DNA of 64,000 nt from Malacoraja senta (lineage: Eukaryota), in NCBI GenBank assembly GCA_038087875.1, contig CM075999.1, positions 1,180,001-1,244,000 on the forward strand. Reading direction: 5' to 3'. A program made the translations under genes and the position numbers. The stretch's first letter is position 1. Every line of letters begins with the position of its first letter. The notes under the pieces are model-generated. The model saw only the letters and a program-made list of their open reading frames with translations. It was not told the origin of the DNA and did no database searches. Positions 37,146-50,038 of the stretch are shown piece by piece.

Positions 37146-37360
37146 AGTCGGCTGTGGCTCAGTTGATGACACACTTATCTCTGAGTCGGGAGGTTGTACG
37201 TTCAAGTCCCATTCCAGTGAATTAGACACAAAGATCTAGGTCAATGTTCCTCATGATGTACTGAGAGAGTGTCACGCTGTGGAAAGTGCAGTCTCTTGAT
37301 TAAGATGGTAAACTAAAATATCTCTGCCATCTCAGGGGGATATAATTGAACCACTGCACC
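37146..37360 (+). mobile_element. Ancient DeuSINE (SacSINE1-like) relic
   Basis: tRNA-like head gtcggctgtggctcagttg...gttcaagtccca followed by Deu-domain-like gctgtggaaagtgcagtctcttgattaagatggtaaac; a more decayed copy lies near 61940-62160. Confidence 0.65.
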
Positions 37361-37955
37361 TTTTTGTTCTATACTCATTCCTAGAAATTGTATTCCACAA
37401 ATCTTGTTGCGCTAAACACATGCAATATCTGGCGCTAACTTAAATCTAAAGTCACCAAACAATCACCAACTTGAGTCATCTGTGCTTTAAGAAAACACCA
37501 GTTATGTATAGAAAAGAATTGGTGTAAACCGAAGCTAGACACAACAAGCTGGGGTAACTCAATGGGTCAGCCAGCATCTCTGGAGAAAAGTAATAGGTGA
37601 CGTTTCGGGTCGAGACACATCTTCAGACAAAGACTTACTCCAGCTTTTTGTGTCTAACTTCAGCATGAGTTAGATGCATCAAAAGACTTAAAGCCTGATC
37701 CTACTGTTTCTTACACCCTGCCACGTGACAGATAGGCAGTTGCGATGGTATCCGAATGCAGTCGCTTTACAATTGATTCAATGCTGATACAGTGAGCTGG
37801 ATGGGTGGGGTTGGGGTGGGAAAGGAGAGAACCCCCTTGCAAAAGTATAAGAGCAAGGGGATAAAGGCAGCTGAAGAGAAACTCCTCAGCTACATCCCTG
37901 CCCAAACATGGAGTGGGGCCGACTTTTTTACCCTCTTGGCCACAAGCCTCCACCG

Positions 37956-38230
37956 TTTAGAGATACAGCATGGAAACAGGCCCTTCGGCCCACCTTATCT
38001 GGCTGACAAATCACATGTACACTAGTTCTATCGTACGCACTAGAGACAATTTACAGAAGCCAATTAACCTACAAACCTGCACGTTTTTGGAATGTGGGCG
38101 GAAACCGGAGCACCCGGAGAAAACCCACGCGGTCACAGGGAGAACTCCGTACAGACAGCGCCCGTAGTCAGGATGAACCCGGGTCTCTGGCGCTGTAAGG
38201 CAGCAACACTATCGAAGCGCCACCATGCCA
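37956..38230 (-). mobile_element. HE1-like V-SINE
   Basis: Reverse complement of the SINE consensus seen in this window. Confidence 0.85.
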
Positions 38231-39036
38231 CAGTAAGTAAAAATTTTCATCCATTTTCTCGTCTTAAACCCTAATCTCCCAGAGCCCTTGTTTTAACTAG
38301 GCACTGAGTTCGGATGTAACCTTGGTAAAACAGAGGGAATTACGATTGTTCATCTGCCATGAAACCCTCTCATGGGATTCAGTCTGAAATTCTGTTGGAA
38401 AATTGTCACCATGTTAGGAATACCTTGTCACATTTAAGGCTACATATGAATATTAATCCACGCCCTAAAATAATTAAATGCGTTCTCGATTATTATGTGG
38501 AAAATTCAGTACATTTGACTTTTCCATATAATGACGAGAGCACATTTATAACACTTTTAATAAAATGAAGCTTTTTTTCATATAATTTTTTTGTGTAAGG
38601 TTTCTGTATTATTCTACTTTTTCTCACTAATCCAATTGAAGAAATATACTAGCCGACCACGGTAAAATGTTTTTTTTCAGCGAAAGATGATAAGGTTAAC
38701 TAAAGAAAGCACATAACCATATGGGCACCATGGCAACACACCCGAGTCCTGTCCTTTTCTACGTGAATTGTCTGCTGCTGCAAAACAGGAGCTAATGCAT
38801 AAATATCAGGTAGGAGGATGTAACAGAGGAGAGATGGAAAGAGTAATAATTATGATGGAAAATCGTAACTTTTCTTCAACACCTTTTCTGTATTCGGCAG
38901 TCATAATCAGGCTGTCGCCTTGCATCCCAGTGCATGCGCTGCTGGCTAACAGCTAAAGCCAGTAAGCGTTTATCAGTCTGCGGCTTGGTCAGAGAGATTG
39001 AAGCAGGAAAGTCCACGGCAGGATGGATTGTACATA

Positions 39037-39116
39037 ATGTACCTGAGGACAACCGTGTTAAACAGATACGTTATGTTCCTATCACTCATGCCCTGGTGCG
39101 GGTTGAATCTCAAAAG
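39037..39116 (+). CDS. Candidate first coding exon of an unidentified host gene
   Basis: ATG...MYLRTTVLNRYVMFLSLMPWCGLNLK then AAG|GTAACT donor, inside a roughly 1-kb repeat-free island; no homology recognised. Confidence 0.25.
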
Positions 39117-40129
39117 GTAACTCAAATGGATTAATTTATGCAGATCATAAATGGGTCTATTCCGCAATTGGATCTTTTTTTTTGTTGACTTTTTCTTATT
39201 CCAGTTTACAATCACAAAAATCACTATTAAAAGCGCATGACGTTTCAACCAGAATCCAGAAAAAGACACACAGTGCTGGATTAAATCGTGGGCCAGGCAG
39301 CATCTCTGGAGAACACAGAGAGTTGTGAGTCTGTGGAATTCTCTGCCTGAGAGGGTGGTGGAGGCAGGTTCTCTGGATACTTTCAAGAGAGAGCTAGATA
39401 GGGCTCTTAAAGATAGCGGAGTCAGGGGACATGGGGAGAAGGCAGGAACAGGGTACTGATTGGGGATGATCAGCCATGATTATATTGAATGGCGGTGCTG
39501 GCTGGAAGGGCCGAATGGTCTACTCCTGCACCTATTGTCTTTTGTCTAACATGGTTAGCTCACCCTTAATCTCTCGCCCTGATCATTTACAAATAGAACA
39601 ATTCTAAGGTTAGACTAAGATCTATTAACTAAGGTCTTTCCCCCTTCACCTTAAACCGATGTCCTCTGGTATTTTGCTATGTGTTTTCTATCCCCCTTAT
39701 CAATTTTGAAGGATCTAATTTAGGGATAGGCACAAAATGCTGGAGTAACTTAGCGGGTGAGAGTTCAGTGGGAACTAATGTTAGTGTGTAGGAAGGATAT
39801 GCAATTGCTGGTTTATTCCGAAGATAGACACAAATTGCTGGAGTAACTCAGCGGGTCAGGCAGCATCTTTGGAGAAAAGGAATAGGTGACGTTTCGGGTT
39901 GAAACCCATACTAAGGTTAGCTCTGAAGAAAGACACAAAGTACTGGAGTAACTCAGTGGGTAAAGCGGCATCTCTGGAGGAAGATGTTTTAGTCTGAAGA
40001 AAGGTTCCGTCCCAAAACGTCACCTATCCTTTTTCTCCAGAGACGCTGCCTGCCCCGTTGAGTTACTCCAGCACTTTGTGTCTATCTTTGATCTAAACCA
40101 GCACCTGCAGTTCCTTTCTACATGCTAAG

Positions 40130-40495
40130 AGCATAAGATCATAAGCGATAGGAGTAGAATTAGGCCATTTGGCCCATCAAGTCTACTCCGCCATTCAATC
40201 ATGGCTGATCTATCTCTCCCCCCTAACCCCATTCTCCTGCCTTCTCCCCATAACCTCTGACACTCGTACTAATCAAGAATCTACCTATCTCTGCCTTAAA
40301 TATATCCACTGACTTTGCCTCCACAGCCTTCTGTAGCAAAGAATTTCACAGATTCTGCACCCTCTGACTAAAGAAATTTCTCCGTATCGCCTTCCAAAAA
40401 AAACATCCTTTAATTCTGAGGCTATAACCTCTAGACATTCCCACTAGTGGAAACATCCTCTCCACATCCACTCTATCCAAGCCTTTCACTATCAG
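40130..40495 (-). mobile_element. CR1 3' fragment (subfamily also at 34830-35190, 41100-41540, 53885-54250, 63200-63413)
   Basis: gaattaggccattcggcccatcaagtctactccgccattcaatcatggctgatcta-type tail; ORF 53887 reads FPLVGESRTRGHSLRIKG. Confidence 0.85.
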
Positions 40496-42087
40496 GTATA
40501 TTACTAAAGTTAGTTCTCACTGAAACCTCCACACTACAATGGCTTCTAGGATCTTTAGCTAACCATGTTCTCCAGAGAGGCTGCCAGACCTGCTGTGTCA
40601 CTCCAGCACATTGTATCTTTTTTTTCAGTAAACTAGCATTTGCAGTTCCTTGTATCTAGTAGAATCCAGTCTCACATTAGAATCGCTCCACTCACTGCTG
40701 GGCATTCTCCCACTAATGCAAAACAAGGAAAAAAAACAATGCTTGAAAAGGCAGACAGAGAATAAGTAAACGTGATGTTAATTGTGAATATTTTTAGATG
40801 AGTCATTATTTTCTGGCTATCAATCAACCACTATTAAGGTTAGCTCTCACTGACCCACCACACCACAATGTACTCTAGGGTTTGAAGAGACATTTCTCTT
40901 GTTTTGATTGTTTACCAACAGAACTATATCAAGGTTAGATAGACACATAATGCTGGAGTAACTCAGCGGGACAGGCAGCATCCCTGGAGAGTAGGAATGG
41001 ATGACATCTGTCTGTAGAAGGGTCTCGACCAGAAACGTCTCCTCTCCAGAGATGCTGCCTGTTCCGCTGAGTTTCTCTAGCATTTCCAGAAGTCCATCAG
41101 TTCCAGGAGCAGAATTAAGCCATTCGGCCCAACAAGTCTACTCTGCCATTCAATCATGGCTGCTCTATCTATCCCTCTCTATCCCATTCTCCTGCCTTCT
41201 CCCCATAATCCCTGAAACCTGTACTTCTCTGCCTTAAAAATATCCATTGACATGGCCTCCACAGCCTTCTGTGGCAATGAATTCCACAGATTCACCACCC
41301 TCTCACAAGAAATCCCTCCTCATCTCCTTCCTAACGGAAGATCCTTTAATTCTGAGGCTATAACCTCTGGCACTAGACTCTCCCACTAGTGGAAACATCC
41401 TCTCCACATCTATATCCAGGCCTTTCATTATTCAGTAAGTTTCAATGAGGACCCCCTCATCCTTCTATACTCTAGCAAGTAGAGGCCCAGTGCTGTCAAA
41501 CGCTCATCATATGTTAACCCACTCATTCCTGGGATCTATCTTCATTGTTCTTTTGTGTCCATTTTCAGTGATAACCAGCATCTGCAGTTTTTTCCTGCAC
41601 AATTTAACACACAATCCCCCCCCCCCCCCCCCCCCGCCCCAAACACCACAATGTCTTCTGGGGTGTTTGGAGTAGAATTCTCTCCCTGATCTTTCGCTGT
41701 TAGACATGCGTCAGTTTAATACAGCTTCTCGAAACTCCAAGGAAGATATTAAAATTCTGAGTGAAAAATATGCCACAGATAGCAATTTTTTTTTCCAATT
41801 TCCTTTCGGAAAGAAGTCCTGAAAGTCTCTCAATCATCCTTAACTACAAAGGGAGGAAAAAAAGAATTGTATGTATAGAACAGTTCATAGCATCACACAA
41901 GATGAATTACCACTAAGAGGCAGTGTCATTATGAGGCAGTCAATCTGTTCCCAGGGAGATTCTCCAGGCAAAGCTTTCTGTTAATTCTCTCAGATACAGG
42001 CATCATTAGCAAGGCCAGCATTGATTGCAAACTCCAATCCCCAATCTCTGCTTGCCACAGCGTGCATGCTAAGGAGTTATTAGTTTC

Positions 42088-42335
42088 CTGAGGCAGTCCC
42101 TTAGGATCAAGGATGATATGCTTCCATTCCAGTTCCATGGGTCTCTGCGGAGGCTGGTGAAGCTAATGAGGTAACAGCAGACTCTTCCACAGGTGGGACA
42201 GTAGGTTTCTGGTGGGTGAGCAGTTTGAGGTGGTAGCTACTTTTCACCACTCCCACTGGGCTTCCGACTCCATCCTAAATGATGCTCTCCAACTTTGGCC
42301 AGTCATGGGGCAAAGATCCCCAAGGTCAACAGAGA
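42088..42335 (-). mobile_element. Possible RTE-type LINE 5' UTR relic
   Basis: aggcagtcccttaggatcaaggatgatatgcttcca resembles the antisense 5' end of vertebrate RTE elements (from recall). Confidence 0.4.
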
Positions 42336-42337
42336 TT

Positions 42338-42786
42338 GGGCAGCCCGGTGGAACAGCCGTAGAGTTGCTGCCTTACAGCGCCAGTCACCCGAGTTCCATC
42401 TTGACTGCGGCTACTGTCTGTACGGAGTTTGTACATTCTCTCCGTGACCTGTGTGGGTTTTATACCGTATCTCCAGTTTCCTCCCACATTCCAAAGACGT
42501 ACAGGCTTCTAGGCTAATTGGCTTGGTATAATCGTGAATTGTCCCTAGTGTGTGTAGGATTATGTTAGTGTGTGGGGAGGGGTGGAAGATTGCAACCTTC
42601 ACGTGGTCCGCCCTGTTTCGACTAATGCAATCAACTCGACGTGCACAAACGGAAGATCAAATAGAACAAGTTGTCCAACAACTTTAGGCCACACGAAAGA
42701 AGAAGAAGTGTGTGGGGATCGTTGGTCGGTGCGGACTCAGTGGCCGAAGGGCCTGTTTCCGGCGCTGTAGCTCTAAACTAAACTGA
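42338..42786 (+). mobile_element. HE1-like SINE with an insert of about 130 bp (about 42577-42707)
   Basis: SINE consensus resumes after an insert bracketed by gtgtgtgggga direct repeats. Confidence 0.75.
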
Positions 42787-43139
42787 AAAGATGCTGTTTG
42801 AATGTTTCTTGCAGTCAACATCTGCAGAGCTTTTTGGTTTTCAGTCACAAGTCTGCTAGTTTGAATGGTTCTGGATGCCAGATGGCTCACTGTCCATTTC
42901 TTTGCCTCATCTTTCATTATGCATCATCCTCTTAATTTTTGAAGTGGTGGAGATTTGTTTTACTTTAAAAAAAAATAAGTCAGCATCTGCCTGCTGCATT
43001 AAACATTTGTTTTTGTAATATTGCCACAGATTGCAAGACTTTAAAGAATACTTATTTCCAAAATGTTCAAGAAGAACTGCAGATGCTGGAAAATCAAAGG
43101 TAGACGAAAGTGCTGGAGAAACTCAGCGGGTGCGGCATC

Positions 43140-43495
43140 GGACGACAGATGGCGCAATGGGCTAAGTGTTCGGCTGGCAACCGGAAGGTAGCCGGTTCGA
43201 ATCCCGCTTGGAATGCATACTGTCGTTGTGTCCTTGGGCAAGACACTTCACCCACCTTTGCCTGCGTGTGAATGTGTGTGAATGTGTGTGAATGATTGGT
43301 GGTGGTCGGAGGGGCCGTAGGCGCAGATTAGCAGCCACGCTTCCGTCAGTCTGCCCCAGGGCAGCTGTGACTACAGAAGTAGCTCACCACCACCGAGTGT
43401 GACTGAGGAGTGAATGAATAATGCGATGTAAAGCGCCTTGAGTATTAGAAAGGCGCTATATAAATCCCATCCATTATTATTATTATTATTATTAT
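43140..43495 (+). mobile_element. tRNA-derived CORE-type SINE with L2 tail (AFC-like), nested in a Penelope hairpin unit (43062-43606)
   Basis: Box B ggttcgaatccc, core gtcgttgtgtccttgggcaagacactt, L2 tail tgtaaagcgccttgag...aaggcgctatataaat(tat)n, catc duplicated on both sides. Confidence 0.85.
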
Positions 43496-44176
43496 CATCT
43501 ATGGAGCGAAGGAAATAGGCAACGTTTCGGGACGAAACGTTGCTTATTTCCTTCGCTCCATAGATGCTGTCGCACCCGCTGAGTTTCTCCAGCACTTTTG
43601 TCTACCATACTTATTTCCAATCTGTTTCTGGTGTTGTTTCCAATAGGAACTAATTCACTGTCCCTGTTACGACAAAATGATGAGATCGTATGATACTGTT
43701 GCAGGTCCTGATGGATAAGTAAAAATCAACCACAGTTACACTATTGCAGAGAGTTTGACAACTGAACAAATATTGAGTTCTCTAGATTGTAGCCTGATAT
43801 GTGATTGATACTCGACAAATGCACAGCTGATGTTAAAATGACTGTTTGTGAAAGACAAGAAATTAAATTCATTCTCAGTCACCTATTGCAGTGGTTTATC
43901 CTCAGAAATGCAGTTCCATTGAACCAGGTTTTTAGAAAATGGGCTGCAATGTGCCACAGAAGGCGGTGGAGGCCGCCAATTGGTATTTTAAAGGCAGAGA
44001 GATGGTTTCTTGATTAGTACGGGTGTCAGGGGTTATGGGGAGAAGGCAGGAGACTGGGATACTGAGTTGGATAGATCAGCCTTGAGCATTTGAATGGCGG
44101 GGCTAGCTCGAAGGGCCGAATGGCCTGACTCCTGCTCCTATCCTTTGCTATGTAGTGCTTGAAAGCAATCAAAAGG

Positions 44177-44376
44177 NNNNNNNNNNNNNNNNNNNNNNNN
44201 NNNNNNNNNNNNNNNNNNNNNNNNNNNNNNNNNNNNNNNNNNNNNNNNNNNNNNNNNNNNNNNNNNNNNNNNNNNNNNNNNNNNNNNNNNNNNNNNNNNN
44301 NNNNNNNNNNNNNNNNNNNNNNNNNNNNNNNNNNNNNNNNNNNNNNNNNNNNNNNNNNNNNNNNNNNNNNNNNNNN
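44177..44376. other. Assembly gap (200 N)
   Basis: Run of n; contiguity across it is not established. Confidence 0.99.
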
Positions 44377-44967
44377 CGTTCCAGAAATCCTCATTCGCAA
44401 GATGAATTAAATCCCCATTAATTTACAGGTATTAAACATTCAATTCCTTCCATTTGGCCTGTAAATTCATGAAAATTAGATTTAAAAATTATGTTATATT
44501 GTGAATTATTGTGTGAATGTTATTTGGACACTTAGGCTATTTAAAAATGTTAATCTATTCTTAAGAAATTGATAGATGTTTAGATCTAGTAATTGAATTT
44601 TGTAATTAGCTACAATTAGGTAACTAACTAATTATATGCTTTACTTTCATGTCTTCTAAGTAAGATTGTTTCATATTTGTTTCAGAATGCTTAAATCTAT
44701 AATAACTGAAAATTTCTTTCAGTTATCTTAATTTTTAAGAAAGTTATGGGCTTTTAACTGTCCTCGATCACAGCTTTTGTGTTCAGTCAATGGAAAAGCA
44801 ATAGGGAACAAGATGCTAATTTCCGAGTATGAAAATGGCCATAACTTCTTTAATACTGAAGATATGAAAGTGAATTATGTGTCAAATTAAACTTCTTTTT
44901 ATGCTTTATCTGATGGGATAAATTGCAGACTTTATTTTTAAAATCTCAAAATGTTGTAACATTGCTA
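44377..44967. mobile_element. Right part of a second copy of the 35352-36393 transposon
   Basis: Highly similar to about 35802-36393 and ends in the same tgtaacattgcta. Confidence 0.9.
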
Positions 44968-45087
44968 CTGTATGTAGTGAAGGAAATAGGCAACGTTTCC
45001 GCCCGATAATGTTGCCTATTTCCTTCTCTCCATAGATGCTGCCTCACCCGCTGAGTTTCTCCAGCATTTTTGTCTACCCAAGATATG

Positions 45088-45352
45088 TTTTAGTTTAGTT
45101 TAGAGGTACAGTGCGGAAACAGGCCCCCCAGCCCACTGAGTCCACACTGACCAGCGAGCCCCACACACTAACACTATCCTACACACACTAGGGACAATTT
45201 TACATTTTACATTCATGCCGAGCCAATTACCCAACAAGCCTGTACCTCTTTGGAGTGTGGGAGCAAACCGAAGATCTCGGAGAAAACCCACGCAGGTCAT
45301 GGGGAGAACGTACAAACTCCATACAGACAGAACCCGTGGTCAGGATCGAACC
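45088..45352 (-). mobile_element. HE1-like V-SINE, 5'-truncated
   Basis: Reverse-complement V domain and (aacta)n tail. Confidence 0.85.
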
Positions 45353-45807
45353 TACAACTTTATATTCTACTACCAAAGTAGCCAAGATTAGAAATGGACA
45401 ATGAGAATTTTTGCCTCCTGCCCCAAGGTGAATTCCTATCCTTGGTACCAGGTGGGCAATTTGGCCTTTAGGAGTCATAATTACTGCTCCTTTAAGTTTA
45501 GGTTTATTATTCTCACATGTGCCAAAGTTCAATGAAAAGCTTTGTTTTGTATGCTAGCCAAACAGATATACCACTTACAGTATGCACATACAATTAAGTC
45601 AAACTCAAGAACAATAGAGAAAGCAAAGGGGAAGATACGGAGTGCAGAATACAGTTCTCAGCGTTGTAGCGCATTATAGCCGGATTTCCACAGACAGTTC
45701 AGTTTAGGTTATTGACTTGCCTCATGTTGTATGGTACAGTGAAAAGCTTTTGTTGCGAGCTAACCAATGTCCTCAATGGGGTAGAGGTGAGTTGGACAGT
45801 AGCCTAA

Positions 45808-46127
45808 AACCCCTGTCCCACGGTACGAGTTCATTCCAAGAGTTCTCCCGAGTTTGCCCTGATTCGAACTCGGAGATTTACGGTAATGGCCATTCGTCGG
45901 TACTCGGGGCTCTCGTGGACATTTTTCATCAAGTTAAAAAATCTTCACGAGTCTTCCCGTGTTTACCTGCCGTTAGCGAGTCTTCCTGAGTACCTGCCGT
46001 TAGCGCTAAGAGACGTCCCCGAGTTCCGACATACCCGCTACGTTCATTCTCCGTGCTTACCACGAGGTTGATTTTTTTTAAACTCGGGAGAGCTCTTGGA
46101 ATGAACTCGCACTGTGGGACAGGGCTA
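45808..46127. mobile_element. Harbinger/PIF-type MITE
   Basis: ccctgtcccacggtacgagttcattccaagag ... ctcttggaatgaactcgcactgtgggacaggg; taa/tta flanks. Confidence 0.88.
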
Positions 46128-46781
46128 TTACTTAAGAAAAGACCATTCTGAAGCCTGCTTACGGACTTGACAAGCTGTTCCCGAGTCTGGTAGTGCGTGC
46201 TTTCAAGCTTCTGTACCTATTGCAGAATCAGGGCACCAAGAAGAATGGATGACTGATGTGGGACAAATCTTTGATTATGCAGATTATGTTTACCATAGCT
46301 ACAGTATAGCTACAGTATAGCTAAGGGCTTTTTTTTCTGGTGGATGAGATGTAACGAGCTGTGTGTTGAGACATAAATGTTCTCCAGTCTATATAAATGA
46401 CTCGAATGAAGACACCAAAGGTTTAGTTGGTAAATTTGCTGACGACTTGAAGATGGGTAGACAATAGAAAATAAACAATAGGTGCAGGAGTAGGCCATTC
46501 GGCCCTTCAAGCCAGCACCACCATTCAATGTGATCATGGCTGATCATCCCTAACCAGTACCCCGTTCCTGCCTTCTCCCCATATCCCTTGACTCCGCTAT
46601 TTTTAATAATATGCTGTGAAGAAGAAAAATAAGAAGGATAAAAAGGGATGTAGGGTTAAGTATGTGGGCAAAGATCTGGAAAATGGAGTACAATGTGAGA
46701 AAATATGAACTTGCCCATTTAGCAGAAAAAATAAAAACAGAAGCACATTAACTGAAGAGAGGTCCAAGATGCCAAAGGATC

Positions 46782-48078
46782 TATTTATTTATTTATTTAT
46801 TTATTTATTTATTCCGAACAAGTAAAGACATTAAAGACATTGATATTAACAAAATCGAAATTATCAAACAATTGAACATTGCAATCAACATTTACAATTG
46901 AGAAGAACAAAATCAAGGTTCCAATGTCCAACTCAGAGTCTGTACAAGCTCGAAAAGGAGTGAGAAGAAGAATAACTTATTAAATCTCACCCCTTTTCCC
47001 ACACTTCTATCGTATTTAAAAATCAATTCCTTACTAATAATAGTACTGCCCTAGGCAATTTCCCATAATACATACAGACACTTATATACATTCAACTATT
47101 ATGTACATACAATCTTCATATTTGAAGTACCCAACATCAGTGAACAATAGTAAACAAGATAAACATCAACAATAGTAACAAGATAACATCAACGATTGTA
47201 AACAAGATAAACATCAACCCCCACTTGTCAACCATCCCCTCCATCCCTGTACCCCTTGAGCATTATTTTTTTATATATCATTTTAAAATGATTCATGTTT
47301 GTGCATTGCTTCAATTCCCCGTTCAATTTATTCCACACTCCTACTCCACAAACCGAAATACAAAAGGATTTTCTAGTCGTACGGACTTGTTGTTTCTTAA
47401 AGTTAAATATTCCTCTTAAATTGTAACCCCCCACACGCTCGTTAAATAATTTTTGAATGTTTCCAGGTAAATTTTTATTTTTGGCCCTAAACATTATCTG
47501 AGCTGTTTTGAATGTGACCAAATCTTCTAATTTTAATAATTTTGACTCTAAAAATAATGGATTCGTATGACCCAGATACTTAGCATTATGGATAATACGA
47601 ATTGCTCTTTTTTGCATCATGGTTAATGAGTGTATCGAATTTTTATAATTATTTCCCCAGACTTCTGTACAATAATTTAAGTAGGGTAAAATTAATGTAC
47701 AATAAAGAATACGGAGTGATTTGTAATCCAGAGCTTGCTTGGCTTTGTATAATACAGAGATACTTTTTGATAATTTTAATTTTACATGTTTAATATGTGA
47801 TTTCCAGCTTATTTTATCGTCAATTATAACCCCAAGAAATTTATTTTCATGCACTCTTTCAACTTCCACCCCATTTATCTTTATACTTACTAGGGGACTT
47901 ATTCTACAATTACCAAATAACATTATTTTAGTTTTACTCAGATTTAATGAAATTTTATTACTATCAAACCATATTTTCAATTTACCCATTTCTTTTATTA
48001 TTTTATCCAATAGCCTTTTTAAATTTTCTCCAGAGCAAAAAATATTTGTATCATCTGCAAACAAAACCAGCCTCAAGA
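46782..48078 (-). mobile_element. 5'-truncated Crack/L2-type LINE nested in an old CR1
   Basis: AT-rich open ORF, 3' UTR and (taaa)n tail; CR1 remnants on both sides. Confidence 0.8.
47228..48076 (-). CDS. RT C-terminal half of the Crack/L2-type LINE
   Basis: LFADDTNIF, NLSKTKIMLF, KFLGVIID, LYCTLILPYLNYC, QKRAIRII; no stops. Confidence 0.85.
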   Translation of the reverse strand: MRLVLFADDTNIFCSGENLKRLLDKIIKEMGKLKIWFDSNKISLNLSKTKIMLFGNCRISPLVSIKINGVEVERVHENKFLGVIIDDKISWKSHIKHVKLKLSKSISVLYKAKQALDYKSLRILYCTLILPYLNYCTEVWGNNYKNSIHSLTMMQKRAIRIIHNAKYLGHTNPLFLESKLLKLEDLVTFKTAQIMFRAKNKNLPGNIQKLFNERVGGYNLRGIFNFKKQQVRTTRKSFCISVCGVGVWNKLNGELKQCTNMNHFKMIYKKIMLKGYRDGGDG

Positions 48079-50038
48079 CATTGGTGATACAGTGAATGAT
48101 TCACAAGAGACCAGTCTGGAGGTGCAGCAAGTAATTATGAAAGCTGATAGAGTGTTACAGCTTATTGCCAGGAGAACTTGATCCAAAGTAAGGAGATTGT
48201 ACTTTAGATTTACTGGCCATTGGTGAGAACACATCTACTCCTTGTTTAAGGAAGAAGATTAATGCCTCATGTTGTGAGAAGGAACTGCAGATGCTGGTTT
48301 AAACCGAAGATAGACACAAAATGCTGGAGTAACTCAGCGGGACAGGCAGCATCTCTGGATAGAAGGAATGGGCGACGTTTCGGATCGAGATCCTTCTTCA
48401 GACCTCATTAATGCCTCAGCAGTTCAGAGAAGGCACACTAGAGTGATACTTGGGATCAGATGGTTTGTCTTATGAGAAAAGTTTGCAATGACTGAATTTG
48501 AACCTGCCGAGATGAGAAGAATGAGTAGTGTCTGAAGAAGGGTCTGGACCCAAAACATCACCCATTCCCTCTCTCCAGAGTTGCTGCCTGTCCCGCTGAG
48601 TTACTCCAGCATTTTGTGTCTATATCTTCTTGAGAAGAATGAGAGGTGGCTTGGATGAAACATGTAAGACCCTGAGGGGTCTTGGCAAGTTGGATTTGGA
48701 GCGGGCGATTCCTCTCTTGTGATCTAGAATCTGGAATCACTGTCTGACAATAGCGGGTCACCCAGCTAAGACAAGGAAGAGTTCATTATTTTTCTTTCAG
48801 AGGATGATGGATAGAGACAGAAGATGATGGAATATTGAGTAAAAACAAACTGCTGGAGGAACTCAGTGGATCAAGCAACCTGCAATGTACGCTTCAGCAA
48901 GCTAAAGGCATCAAGGAATTGCACTTGTGGAGACCTGTCTCAGCAACAGTCTGAAACACTGGGTGGTCACTGTGATCCTCATGCACAGGACCATAGCTTC
49001 ATTGGGCACTGACATTCATCAGACTGTCCTCTAGTCCCTGGAAGCACTCTTCCACTTCGCAACCCGACCTCTATAGCTGAAGCAACCATCCATTGATGAC
49101 AACCTTCCCTTGCATCAGTAAGAATGCAACATATTTTGTATAACATCTCTATAAGAGTTGACTGCAAAGATTTACCTACTATGTCCACTGTGAAGACTTA
49201 CAGCACAACTGTGGACAATGCCACACTGAAGCCAGTAGCACTATCCCCCCCCCCCCCCCCCCCCCACACCTCCCCCTCACCATGTATCTTGTGTTTTATG
49301 ACTGTTGGCAGACCAATTTCCCTCCAGGGATAAATAAAGTTCTATCATATCGCATTGTATCAAGAGAGAGCTAGATAGGGCTCTTAAAAATAGCGGAGTC
49401 AGGGGATATGGGGAGAAGGCAGGAACGGGGTACTGATTGGGGATGATCAGCCATGTTCACATTGAATGGGCGGTGCTGGCTCGAAGGGCCGAATGGCCTA
49501 CGGCTGCACCTATTGTCTATTGTCTATTGTGCCGTTAATTAAATAGACACAAAATACTGGAGTAACTCAGCGGGTCAGGCAGTATCCCTGGAGAAAAAGA
49601 ATAGGTGACGTTTCGTATCAGAATCCTCTTTCAACCCAAAACATCACCTATTCTTTTTCTTCAGAGGTGCTGCCTGACCCGCTGAGTTACTCCAGTAGTT
49701 TGCGTCTATCTTCGGTATAAACCAGCATCTGCAGTTCCTTCCTACACATTATGAAGCAACTATCCATTGATAACAACCCTCCCTTGTATCAGTAAGAAAT
49801 GTAACATATTTTGTGTAACAGCTCTTTCAGTGTGGGATTGCACGGAGAATCTTAACAACGCTATTTTGTAAACTTTGCATTTGAAGATTTGATTCTCCAA
49901 CACACCTTTCGCAAACAGGTGCACGAAAACCCACAATTTGGATTTTACATTCAAAAAAAGGCATTTAGAGTAATATCTAGGCCCCGCAGTCTGACCTTGA
50001 CGTGTCTTAATCCACACACACAGAAATGCAGTCAATCT

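Noticed and set aside
44026..44421. ORFs spanning X runs
   Set aside because: Artefacts of the assembly gap.
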